Assembly (NCBI GenBank): GCA_964525495.1
Contig: CAZGHS010000001.1
Span: forward strand, 10,863 to 74,862
Length of the DNA stretch: 64,000 nt
Direction of reading: 5' to 3'
DNA from: an uncultured Gammaproteobacteria bacterium
GTDB lineage: Bacteria > Patescibacteriota > Microgenomatia > JALYQM01
Shown: positions 27,855 through 37,307 of the stretch, piece after piece
Position numbering within the stretch: the stretch's first letter is position 1
How the letters are laid out: the number at the start of each line of letters is the position of its first letter
Made by a program: the position numbers and the translations under genes
Notes under the pieces: model-generated
Databases searched by the model: none
What the model was told of the DNA's origin: nothing
What the model saw: the letters and a program-made list of their open reading frames with translations, nothing else

Positions 27855-28783
27855 ATAATAGTGTGCACAATTATCGCCCAGATTATCACGGTCGTAAGAA
27901 GCGGTTTATCCGACAAAAGCATGCGCTCTGGCGACTCCCCTTCTTTCTTCTCATAAATAAGATACAAATACCGCATCACACCATAGATCACAAACGGAAT
28001 CGTTGCCATGAACCATTTCGTATCATCCACTCGAGGTGTCAAACTATAGAAAAACTGACTAAAAAACCCGTTAGGTGTGATACGCGGCTGCTGAAATGCG
28101 AAAAGCGCGTACGTCATCCAAGTAGCAGTCGCAAACATAGTAGTGTAAGCATGCAACAAAGACTCGGGATAATGACTCAGAGTCGACCTTACCTTGGCCA
28201 CAGGTGCAGATTCAGCATATCCCTGCAATAAAGTTGCCTCAGCCCGTCGTTTACCGATAGCAATGAACAGCGCAAACGCAGCCACACACATCAAAAACCA
28301 GATATTAAGATGAGTTCCAATCACCCAAATACCAGCATAAATCCGCAATAAAAATCCCGAAGCAATGGCCAAAACGTCAAGAATAATAATATTCTTCAAG
28401 TAATGCATATACGAAAATTGCAAAAGAAAATATGCAATAACCGCAAGGAAAAAGCGTTGTGACAACAAATACGAAGAAACTAAGGCAACAATAATGAAAA
28501 TCACACCAAGAATCGTTGCTAATTGAACAGATAACTGACCTGAAGCAATAGGCCGCTTCTTCTTAAAGGGATGCAGACGATCCTTAGGCGCATCCACAAT
28601 ATCATTAAAGATATAAACAGCTGACGTCGCAAGTGAAAACAAAAGAAAAGCCTGAGTAACGATCGAAAAATCAGACAAAACATACAGTCGTGCACTAAAA
28701 ATCAAACCAGCATAGATAGTGAGGTTCTTAAGCCATTGTCGTGGCCTTATTGTTTTGACGATTGCAACGAACGTCTTATCCAT
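27836..28783 (-). CDS. UbiA-family prenyltransferase, decaprenyl-phosphate phosphoribosyltransferase (DPPR synthase)-like
   Basis: FNDIVDAPKDRLHPFKKKRPIASGQLS matches the ND-x2-D-x3-DR-x-HP-x-K-x2-RPIA-x-G block of DPPR synthases. Eight or more TM helices. Confidence 0.6.
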   Translation of the reverse strand: MDKTFVAIVKTIRPRQWLKNLTIYAGLIFSARLYVLSDFSIVTQAFLLFSLATSAVYIFNDIVDAPKDRLHPFKKKRPIASGQLSVQLATILGVIFIIVALVSSYLLSQRFFLAVIAYFLLQFSYMHYLKNIIILDVLAIASGFLLRIYAGIWVIGTHLNIWFLMCVAAFALFIAIGKRRAEATLLQGYAESAPVAKVRSTLSHYPESLLHAYTTMFATATWMTYALFAFQQPRITPNGFFSQFFYSLTPRVDDTKWFMATIPFVIYGVMRYLYLIYEKKEGESPERMLLSDKPLLTTVIIWAIIVHTIIYVIPG

Positions 28784-29829
28784 AACATGCTAACAGAAAA
28801 TACGATCAGCACACCAATAAAAGCAAACAACTTACTCTGACTATTAATCTGTAATGTGAGTATACCTAATAAAGCGCATATTAGCCAATAGAAAAAAGCA
28901 ATTCTCCGCTTTGACCACCCTAGATCCAGCAGATAATGGTGCAAGTGTGTACGATCACTCTTCATGGGGTTTTTCTTATGTGCCAAACGCCGCGAGAACA
29001 CCCACAACGCATCCAGTATTGGGATAGCCAGCACAATGATCGCAATGGCAAACTTTGCACCAGACAAAATCGCAAGCACAGCAATCATAAATCCAGAAAA
29101 CGTAGAACCTCCAAATCCGGGCATTATTTTTTGAGGATACGATGAAAAAATAAGGAACCCGGCGAACGCACCCGCGGCAATAAAAGCCAGCAGAGCCGTC
29201 GGCTCAGAAAGTCGATCGTAACGCAGTGAAGCAAATCCAAGTATCGTCAAGGTAACCACAGCAATTCCTGCATTCTGCCCATCCACACCAGACGACCAAT
29301 TAACCACGTTCATCATAGATACAATCCAAAAAATCGCCACCACATCTGCCCATACCACTATCGTATGCAACCCGTCCCAGAAGTAGAGTGGGATTACCCA
29401 TTCATTCAACAAAATCACCCCACCCAAAGGATTCGTCACATAACTCACGCCAATACCAAACCCCACGACAATCAAGGCAAAAAGAAACATCAAACCCAAC
29501 CGCAATTTTGGCGAAAGATCATATTTATCATCGATCACGCCCATCACCACGATACACAGACCAGCCAAAAATATACCGGTCAGGTGTTTTACCCAATCAG
29601 TACTCTCAATAAACGAAAACTGAAATCCAAATATTAACAGACTTGCAAAAAGCGTTGCCAAATATACTGGCGCCCCTCCTGCACGAGGGATCGGCGTACT
29701 ATGCAAAATCGCGCCATGCTTTCGTTTTGGATCGTCTACAAATCCATATTTAAAAGCCAAATAAATAGTAATTTTTGTAAAAATTAGTGCGAGTAAAAAA
29801 GCTAGTGAAAATCCTAAAAAATATGCCAT
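28747..29829 (-). CDS. Polyprenyl-phosphate N-acetylhexosamine-1-phosphate transferase (WecA/MraY family)
   Basis: MMNVVNWSSGVDGQNAG resembles the N-x2-N-x2-DG-x-DGL motif. Polytopic. 360 aa. Confidence 0.6.
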   Translation of the reverse strand: MAYFLGFSLAFLLALIFTKITIYLAFKYGFVDDPKRKHGAILHSTPIPRAGGAPVYLATLFASLLIFGFQFSFIESTDWVKHLTGIFLAGLCIVVMGVIDDKYDLSPKLRLGLMFLFALIVVGFGIGVSYVTNPLGGVILLNEWVIPLYFWDGLHTIVVWADVVAIFWIVSMMNVVNWSSGVDGQNAGIAVVTLTILGFASLRYDRLSEPTALLAFIAAGAFAGFLIFSSYPQKIMPGFGGSTFSGFMIAVLAILSGAKFAIAIIVLAIPILDALWVFSRRLAHKKNPMKSDRTHLHHYLLDLGWSKRRIAFFYWLICALLGILTLQINSQSKLFAFIGVLIVFSVSMLWIRRSLQSSKQ

Positions 29830-29838
29830 GTATATTGT

Positions 29839-30261
29839 TTAAGCGAACCACAATTTCACAGTAATCACAAGATTCATGCTATTCCAAACAGCCAAAAGGC
29901 TCATCAAAGCACATACAGAAATAGTCCCACCCAAAATACGAGCTGTCAGCGGCTCATTTTTAAAGGTAATAAGAGATAAGGCGTAATTAACAAGGAAAAA
30001 TATAGTAAGTAATCCTGGCTGAAGCCAGATGAGATTTCTCATAGCCAACTGATCCACCCCCCAAGTGCGCTGCAAAAACAACGGAATCTCTGGAGGCAGT
30101 GAAGAAAAATTTATCCAGACCAGCAAAAAATTCAATAAAATAAGCAGGAAAGCTACAATAAAACTAACATTGGATATGCGGTCATTAAACTGATAATCAG
30201 CGACCACTGGTAACAACCGAGCAGTATTTGGCTTCAATGATTTAAAAAACTGTTTCTTCAT
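29839..30261 (-). CDS. Small integral membrane protein
   Basis: 140 aa with four predicted TM helices. No motif. Confidence 0.35.
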   Translation of the reverse strand: MKKQFFKSLKPNTARLLPVVADYQFNDRISNVSFIVAFLLILLNFLLVWINFSSLPPEIPLFLQRTWGVDQLAMRNLIWLQPGLLTIFFLVNYALSLITFKNEPLTARILGGTISVCALMSLLAVWNSMNLVITVKLWFA

Positions 30262-30274
30262 ACGTCTAGTATAA

Positions 30275-32080
30275 CTAACTTCCCACTCGCAAAATATCCA
30301 AAAACGCTTCTTGGGGAATACTTACTCTACCTATCTCTTTCATCTTCGCCTTACCCTTTTTCTGCTTATCCAAGAGCTTATTCTTACGTGTCACGTCACC
30401 TCCGTACAATTTTGCAATCACATCTTTACGAAAAGGAGCAATAGTTTCCCGTGCAATTATTTTCCCCCCGATTGCCGCCTGTAGCGCAATCGCAAAGTTT
30501 TGACGAGGTAACACATCTTTTAACTTTTCAACAATATTTCGTCCGAAACTCTCCGCCTTAGATTTAACCAACACGTACGACAGTGCATCAATAATCTCCC
30601 CCGCCACCATAATATCCATTCTGACAACCTCAACCTCTTTAAAATCAGTCAGTTCATAATCCATTGACGCATACCCCGACGTTGAAGATTTTAGTTGATC
30701 ATAGAAATTCACAACCAATTCAGATAATGGAATATCGTACAAAAGCTTTACCTGACTTGCTAAATATGTTTGATCAACCAACACTCCCCGATGCTCTTGG
30801 CACAACTGCATCACAGCTCCTACATAGTGTTGTGGACTGATCAAAGTTACGCGAGTCCACGGCTCAAGCACCAACGCTTGTGAAGGAATCTCTGAAGGAT
30901 TTTTAATTTCCTCATCATTAAGAATATAACCAACACTTGGAGTCGTCACAATCACATCAATACCAAACTCACGCTGTAAACGATCGTGTGTAATTTCAGC
31001 ATGAAGTAATCCTAAAAAGCCGCAACGAAAACCATGACCCAAAGCCTTCGAGGATTCCTCAGTGAAATACAACGAAGAATCATTTAACTTTAACTTATAC
31101 AACGCATCTTTAAGATCAGCAAAATCGTCAGAACTAATTGGGTACAAACCGGTAAACACCATTGGTTTCATCTCTTTGTACCCTGCTAAAGCGCCTACTT
31201 GAGATTTCCAATCTAACGATCGGAGATTAAGACTAGAACCGTCCTTTAGCTGCGATCCAATAATAGTGTCGCCTACTCGCCCCAAACCTACGTCCTTTAA
31301 ACCAGTCGCAAGATATCCTACCTCACCCGCACGTATTTCGGTACTTTTAGTCATCCCTGGTGTAAAATACCCCAACTCCAAAACATCAACACCTACTTCG
31401 GTATTAAAAAATCGCACAAAGTCTCGATCGTTGAATACGCCATCAAACACCTTAATCGAGCAAACCACACCTTTATATGAATCATAAAAAGAATCAAAAA
31501 TGAGAGCTCGAGAATACGACACGTTGCTATCGCGAGGTGCAGGCACCCGCTCAATAATCGCTTTTAAAATATCCTCAATGCCAATACCAGTTTTTCCTGA
31601 CGCCTCGATCATCTCTGATTCTAAAAATCCAAATGAGTCTGCAAGTTCTTTAGCTACTCTTTCTGGTTCAGCAGCGGGCAAATCAACTTTATTTAAAACT
31701 GGAATAATCGTCAGCTTATTTTCCAATGCCTGAGTTAGGTGTGATAATGTTTGTGCTTGCACACCCTGTGTTGCATCAACCAAAAGCAAAGCACCTTCGC
31801 ACGAAACAAGTGAGCGTGAAACTTCATACGAAAAATCTACATGTCCAGGAGTATCGATCAAATTCAGAATATATTCTTCACCTTTGTATGTATATTTCAT
31901 TCGCACCGGTGTAAGCTTCACGGTAATACCACGCTCGCGCTCAATATCCATTGAATCCAAAAGCTGCTCCTGCATGTCTCGCTTTTGCACAGTACCAGTG
32001 TACTCAAGCAAACGATCAGCTAAAGTAGATTTTCCGTGATCAATATGGGCAATAATACAAAAATTACGAATATGAGCCAT
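30275..32080 (-). CDS. lepA: Elongation factor 4 (LepA)
   Basis: N-terminus IRNFCIIAHIDHGKSTLADRLL (G1 motif), DTPGHVDF, 601 aa, and the C-terminal LepA-specific region. Confidence 0.9.
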   Translation of the reverse strand: MAHIRNFCIIAHIDHGKSTLADRLLEYTGTVQKRDMQEQLLDSMDIERERGITVKLTPVRMKYTYKGEEYILNLIDTPGHVDFSYEVSRSLVSCEGALLLVDATQGVQAQTLSHLTQALENKLTIIPVLNKVDLPAAEPERVAKELADSFGFLESEMIEASGKTGIGIEDILKAIIERVPAPRDSNVSYSRALIFDSFYDSYKGVVCSIKVFDGVFNDRDFVRFFNTEVGVDVLELGYFTPGMTKSTEIRAGEVGYLATGLKDVGLGRVGDTIIGSQLKDGSSLNLRSLDWKSQVGALAGYKEMKPMVFTGLYPISSDDFADLKDALYKLKLNDSSLYFTEESSKALGHGFRCGFLGLLHAEITHDRLQREFGIDVIVTTPSVGYILNDEEIKNPSEIPSQALVLEPWTRVTLISPQHYVGAVMQLCQEHRGVLVDQTYLASQVKLLYDIPLSELVVNFYDQLKSSTSGYASMDYELTDFKEVEVVRMDIMVAGEIIDALSYVLVKSKAESFGRNIVEKLKDVLPRQNFAIALQAAIGGKIIARETIAPFRKDVIAKLYGGDVTRKNKLLDKQKKGKAKMKEIGRVSIPQEAFLDILRVGS

Positions 32081-33735
32081 TATTTAGCCTCCTCAACCGT
32101 CTCAGTCAGCTTCACTTCATCACTCTTCATCTGGAATCCCTTAAGCCGTCCCTGAATATATGCAATCACCATTAACGCTTCTCTTACCTTGAGCAGGCGA
32201 GTCAAAAGAAGATACATTATCATACCACACCCACCCGCTATTCCCGTAAGAACAAGCAAATTAACAGTTCGTGTAGTGTCAAACACCACTTGGTCTAGAC
32301 CAATCATCACGCGATGCAAAATAACAGCCATGACAAACGCTGCACCCATCATACGCAAAAAAGGAGAGAAGAACTCTTTTGACCACAACCCACCTGTCCG
32401 CCTATCGAGCAAGAAAAACATAAGTATTGCTGAAAAACTACCACCCACCGTGCTAGACAACCCCAAAACCCACACATCCAAATGCAACACAAACACACCA
32501 ATTATGCTAATAAAAATATCCAAAGCCAATCCTACAAGCACAATTTTTAATGGAGTAGACGTATCGTGAATTGCATAATAAGCACGCATAAGCATCACTG
32601 AAATCGCCTCAGCAACGAGTCCCACCGCAAGCCATGCAACAGTCATACCAGTTAACACCGTCGCATCCCAGTTAAATTGATCTGCTCCAAAAGCCAAACG
32701 CACAACAGGAATACGCAAAACAACCAAAATAGCGGCTGCAGGAAAAATCATAAAAATAACCTGATGAATCGACGTAACAAGCGTTTTAACAAATCCCTGC
32801 TTGTCTCCTTGCGCATCAAGCTTAGCCAACACAGGCAGAACAGCCTGAGCCATAGTCGCAACAAAAAGTCCAACCGGAACTAGATAAAGTTGTTGTGCCA
32901 GGGTCAACATAGTGACACTTCCTACAGAAATAATTGAAGCCAAAGATAAGTTGAAAGTAGTTCGAAGTTGCTCTCCTGCGATCGCAATAGTACGGGGAAT
33001 CATTAAAGTCCACACTTCCCTCACGCCTTTTTGAAAAAAATCACTTGACCACCGCAAACGAAATCCCACCTTATACGCCAAAGGCAGCTGAACAATCACA
33101 TAAAACAACGCACCTAGGAAAACACCATACACCACACCATCAATTCCCAACACAGGTGTTAAGAATATAATCCCGATGATAATACCCACGTTATAAAGCA
33201 CCCCGCTCAGAGCAGGAATCAGAAAATGCTTAAATGTCTGTAAAACGCTCGTAAGCAGTCCGCCTATCACAAAGAGAAATTGAGCACCAAAAAGCATACG
33301 AGAAAGCGTAATCATCTCTACACGCTGATGATCTTCAAACCCGGGAGCAATAACAGTCGAAATTGCCGGAGCAAAAATAATCGCAACGAGTGAAACAGCT
33401 CCGAACAAAACCATGCCCAGAGAAAGCAGTCCTTCTGCAAAATGAAACGCCTTATCAGTGCCTTCAGACTCCTTTATACGCGAAAAAACCGGGATAAACG
33501 CGACGGACAGGGCACCAAAAATCAGCAAGTTGTAGACCATATCAGGCAAACGAAAGGCTGCAAAATAGACTGCCGCTTCCTCAGGGGTGAAGTATTGAGC
33601 TAGCAAACGAGACCGCAGTAGCCCCAAAATACGCGAGATAGCCACTGTCGCCATAAGCACAGTAGCAGCACCCAAAATACTACTTTGGCGCGACAAAAAG
33701 ATGTTTTTCCCGTTTTTAAGAATTCTGTTTACCAT
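32080..33735 (-). CDS. murJ: Lipid II flippase MurJ (MviN)
   Basis: 551 aa with 14 TM helices. The N-terminus has the typical MurJ pattern SSILGAATVLMATVAISRILGLLRSRLLAQYF. Confidence 0.8.
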   Translation of the reverse strand: MVNRILKNGKNIFLSRQSSILGAATVLMATVAISRILGLLRSRLLAQYFTPEEAAVYFAAFRLPDMVYNLLIFGALSVAFIPVFSRIKESEGTDKAFHFAEGLLSLGMVLFGAVSLVAIIFAPAISTVIAPGFEDHQRVEMITLSRMLFGAQFLFVIGGLLTSVLQTFKHFLIPALSGVLYNVGIIIGIIFLTPVLGIDGVVYGVFLGALFYVIVQLPLAYKVGFRLRWSSDFFQKGVREVWTLMIPRTIAIAGEQLRTTFNLSLASIISVGSVTMLTLAQQLYLVPVGLFVATMAQAVLPVLAKLDAQGDKQGFVKTLVTSIHQVIFMIFPAAAILVVLRIPVVRLAFGADQFNWDATVLTGMTVAWLAVGLVAEAISVMLMRAYYAIHDTSTPLKIVLVGLALDIFISIIGVFVLHLDVWVLGLSSTVGGSFSAILMFFLLDRRTGGLWSKEFFSPFLRMMGAAFVMAVILHRVMIGLDQVVFDTTRTVNLLVLTGIAGGCGMIMYLLLTRLLKVREALMVIAYIQGRLKGFQMKSDEVKLTETVEEAK

Positions 33736-33856
33736 GAAGATTAAACTAATCGGATAGCTAGAAGCATCATATCATCTTTTATTATTCCAGGCATCTAGAA
33801 TGCCCACAAACACCCCCTTGCTCAAAATCTGGTCCCTATGGTATTATTCTCACCAT

Positions 33857-34198
33857 ATGCCGATACTAAAGAATGCAATCAAGAAAATGCGCCAAGATAA
33901 AAAGCGCACAGAAGCTAATAAATCAAAGCGAACACGTATGCGAACTGTTATGAAAACAGCACGCATAGATATGACACCTGAAGCTATTGCCAAGGCATAT
34001 AGTGCGCTAGATAAAGCAGCAAAAAAGCACTTAATCCACAAAAAGAAGGCTGATCGTCTCAAGTCTCGCTTAGCGTTAGCTATTGCTCGAATGACAGGCG
34101 AAGCAAAGGTTGAAGAAGCTCCAAAAGCTAAAAAGGCTGCTAAACCAGCTAAGAAGGCTACGAAGAAAACAACCAAAAAAGCTACAAAAACAGCCTAA
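33857..34198 (+). CDS. rpsT: Ribosomal protein S20 with a Lys/Ala-rich C-terminal tail (start assumed at the internal Met; track ORF starts at 33800)
   Basis: ILKNAIKKMRQDKKRTEANKSKRTRMRT... matches the S20 signature. Confidence 0.75.
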   Translation: MPILKNAIKKMRQDKKRTEANKSKRTRMRTVMKTARIDMTPEAIAKAYSALDKAAKKHLIHKKKADRLKSRLALAIARMTGEAKVEEAPKAKKAAKPAKKATKKTTKKATKTA

Positions 34199-34304
34199 AC
34201 GTTGCACAAAGACAATTTTAACTTCCTATATCTAGATCAAATATTCCGAAGTGTATTATTTCGTAGTGATTGTCCCTCTGGACTCTTTGTACCATCAAAG
34301 CTTA

Positions 34305-34967
34305 TCACTTCGTAACTTTCAGAATAAACTGCTCTAGCAAAACCTCAGGTATTCCCTCACCAGTTTTCATCTGCACATCCATTTGCAGCAACTGATAATA
34401 TATCCGGCGCAGCTCTTCAAACGAAAATTTATTCTTAGCTTCCATAGCTTTTTTCTGAACAAACCCTGAAGCATTTTCTGGCACAATTACATTCCGAAAC
34501 TGCCATACAAGCATTGTGAGCAAATAAATTGGCTCCTGTTTTGCTTTTATCAAACGCAAATATTCCATCAATGCCAACTTCCTATTCCGACTCACCACAG
34601 CGTCCAAAAACGGAAATATCGTCAGATCAACTTTCTCATCAAACAATTCGACCTCGCCCTTGAGATCCTTGGCCAATTGCATCAACCCGTCATTAGCCCG
34701 CAACTTTTCACCCATCCAGACGATCAAATCAACATCCGAACTTGCAAGTTTCTTACCATCAAACTGCTTCGCATCCAGCTTACCTTCCACCACGACCGCT
34801 TGCTTATCTCCAAACATAGAAACAGTAGAAAACAACAACGGGAATTGAGAATAATCAATCTCTTTTGAAACAAGACTTTGGATAGCGTCCGCGGAATACT
34901 GGCTTTTTAACTGTTCAAGCCGCAAGCGACTAGAAACAACATCAGCTCCATGCAAAATATATATCAT
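34305..34967 (-). CDS. Short DNA polymerase III delta subunit (HolA)-like protein
   Basis: N-terminus MIYILHGADVV and a C-terminal helical domain pattern (LLTMLVWQFRNV). Only 220 aa. Confidence 0.4.
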   Translation of the reverse strand: MIYILHGADVVSSRLRLEQLKSQYSADAIQSLVSKEIDYSQFPLLFSTVSMFGDKQAVVVEGKLDAKQFDGKKLASSDVDLIVWMGEKLRANDGLMQLAKDLKGEVELFDEKVDLTIFPFLDAVVSRNRKLALMEYLRLIKAKQEPIYLLTMLVWQFRNVIVPENASGFVQKKAMEAKNKFSFEELRRIYYQLLQMDVQMKTGEGIPEVLLEQFILKVTK

Positions 34968-34969
34968 AG

Positions 34970-36283
34970 TTAATTCGTCTTTGGTGTCGCAGAACTACTT
35001 GCTTCATGAGGTGGTTGTTCGCTCACAGTAATCCATTGTTTTATTGTGCTCTGCACGACACTCCAATCACTCGCACCAGCTTTAGGAACAAGCACATACG
35101 CTCCGTTATACACTGACCTATCCACAGGCAGTATCAGCAAGGCATCTACACCTTCCGCTGAAATCGAATGACTTTGAATTGTAGCGTCCTTCGATTTCTG
35201 GAAAAGTTTAAAAAACTCACCATATTCTACAGGTTCAATATCTGTTTCAATACTGCTGCCGAAGTTATTAAGCAACGGCCCTACCTTAGCAGGATTAAGA
35301 AGCGTTTCGCTGGATAATAATTTCTCTTTTATACCTGAAATAACTTTCTCTTGTCGACGCGAGCGTGCAAAGTCACTTCCTTCACCGTTTGTACCATGTC
35401 GTGAGCGGACAAATTTCAAGGCTGTTTTCCCATCAAGAGTCAACGGACCAGTTTTAAATGCTAATGTCTCATAACGACAAGGATACGGTTCTACATTCTC
35501 GGGAATAGGACTATTATTCGCATCAACCAATTTCTTTACAACAATCTCGCCGCTCTCGCTCGCAATTTTCTCTTCGATCTCTTTGTTTCCACACATATCT
35601 CGCTCACGACCAGATATTGGATACATGCCATCCGTGAATGCAGTATCCACAGTTATGTCTATCCCACCAAGCAAATCAATTGCTCTCTCAAAGCCACCAA
35701 AATCTACACGCAACGCATAGTGAATCGGCATACCAGTCATTCGTCCCAATTCTTCCTTAATCTGATTCAGGCCTTGTTTATCTCCCTTTTCAAAACCATA
35801 CGCATATACTGCATTCAGCTTTGAACGTGTACTTGGCACCCAAATATCTCGAGGAAACGGGATCAATACAGCATTACCATTTTTAATATTGATACTCGCA
35901 ACAATCATCGTATCAGTTAGGTACGGACCATCATGTCCTTGTCCACCAATACCAAGCAAAGCAATATTCACACGTCCATCATCATTTTTGACCTGAGGAT
36001 CTTTATTTGCGACAAATGAAACAACAGCATTAGGCGCTTTAGCCAAATCTCCGGCGGATACTTTTAATCCCGAAAGAAACGAGTAAGCATAATAACCAAC
36101 AACACCAACCAGGAATATAACCGTAGCAGTAACAATCAACCACCACTTAGGACGAATAGCCATAACCCCACTCGCAGCACGATGCTGCTTCTGAAGCTGT
36201 GCAGCTTCTTTTTTATGATCGACATTAACGTAACGCATGAAGCATCTCCATGAAACTCGAAGGATCGTTTGAAGCAGATCCAA
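34970..36283 (-). CDS. LytR-CpsA-Psr (LCP) family cell-envelope phosphotransferase
   Basis: TM anchor, then VNIALLGIGGQGHDGPYLTDTMIVASI...LIPFPRDIWV, the LCP core. The start is likely an internal Met because it overlaps tpiA. Confidence 0.7.
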   Translation of the reverse strand: MDLLQTILRVSWRCFMRYVNVDHKKEAAQLQKQHRAASGVMAIRPKWWLIVTATVIFLVGVVGYYAYSFLSGLKVSAGDLAKAPNAVVSFVANKDPQVKNDDGRVNIALLGIGGQGHDGPYLTDTMIVASINIKNGNAVLIPFPRDIWVPSTRSKLNAVYAYGFEKGDKQGLNQIKEELGRMTGMPIHYALRVDFGGFERAIDLLGGIDITVDTAFTDGMYPISGRERDMCGNKEIEEKIASESGEIVVKKLVDANNSPIPENVEPYPCRYETLAFKTGPLTLDGKTALKFVRSRHGTNGEGSDFARSRRQEKVISGIKEKLLSSETLLNPAKVGPLLNNFGSSIETDIEPVEYGEFFKLFQKSKDATIQSHSISAEGVDALLILPVDRSVYNGAYVLVPKAGASDWSVVQSTIKQWITVSEQPPHEASSSATPKTN

Positions 36284-36887
36284 TCAATACACCCGCAATA
36301 GTCGGATGGTTCATAAAGGAAGCAATATTTGAAGAGTTAACACTTCCACCATATAATCCTTGCATATCTCCTATAGAAGGCAAAATCCCTATTCTTTCTC
36401 CTGCAGTCGCCGCATCAATTGCATTTCCAGTTCCAATCGCACTTACTGGTTCCCACGCAAAGACCTTCACTTCCTTGGGAATCACATCATGCTCATCACG
36501 AACAAGCACAATAGGCTTTATCTTACATCGGACACACTGCTCTACTTGTTTAGCAATATCTTCATTTGTTTCATTTTTCAATGACCGTCGCTCAGAGTGA
36601 CCAACCAACGCATACGCAGCGATACCTTCAAGCATAAAAGCAGCGACTTCGCCGGTATAAGCACCAAGCTCATAGAGCGACACAGTTTGAGCCCCTACTT
36701 GAATTGGATAGTGTGCATGCATAATATGCTTTGTTACTGCATCCAGAGCAACAAAGGGAGGGCACACAATTATTTCATAATCCTCAAACTCAGCAAGCTG
36801 AGGACCAACAACATCAAGCCACTCAATACAAGCATCGATATTCTTTGTGCACTTCCAGTTCGCAATAATATATTTTTTATCTGACAT
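36225..36887 (-). CDS. tpiA: Triosephosphate isomerase
   Basis: ANWKCTK, VGHSERR, and AWEPVSAIGTGNA. Confidence 0.8.
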   Translation of the reverse strand: MSDKKYIIANWKCTKNIDACIEWLDVVGPQLAEFEDYEIIVCPPFVALDAVTKHIMHAHYPIQVGAQTVSLYELGAYTGEVAAFMLEGIAAYALVGHSERRSLKNETNEDIAKQVEQCVRCKIKPIVLVRDEHDVIPKEVKVFAWEPVSAIGTGNAIDAATAGERIGILPSIGDMQGLYGGSVNSSNIASFMNHPTIAGVLIGSASNDPSSFMEMLHALR

Positions 36888-36895
36888 GGGAATAG

Positions 36896-37162
36896 TTATT
36901 TAATATATGATTCTAATTTACTCTTAAATTCAGACTTTGGTACATAGCCAATCATGCGAGCCACTTCTTGACCATCCTTCATCACAACATAAGTAGGGAT
37001 GCTCATAACTCCAAACTCAGCAGAACGCTCAGTTTCTGCATCAACGTCAATTTTTTCAAATGTCAGCTTACCTTTCAACTCTTCTTCCACTTCGTGCAAA
37101 ATTGGATCCATAGCCTTACAAGGTCCACACCAATCAGCATAAAAATCTAAAACGGTAATCAT
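36896..37162 (-). CDS. trxA: Thioredoxin
   Basis: WCGPCK active site, about 88 aa from the internal Met. The track ORF extends to 37198. Confidence 0.8.
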   Translation of the reverse strand: MITVLDFYADWCGPCKAMDPILHEVEEELKGKLTFEKIDVDAETERSAEFGVMSIPTYVVMKDGQEVARMIGYVPKSEFKSKLESYIK

Positions 37163-37307
37163 AAAAATCCTTTCCAGCCTCACAAAAAACAAGGCCACAT
37201 CTGTCCATGCCTATACCTCTAGATTATACACTATGGCGCCATTACACAAGCTCAAAAACTCAATCAAAGTCTATACAAAGATAAAATAATCATGTATTAA
37301 TTTACTC

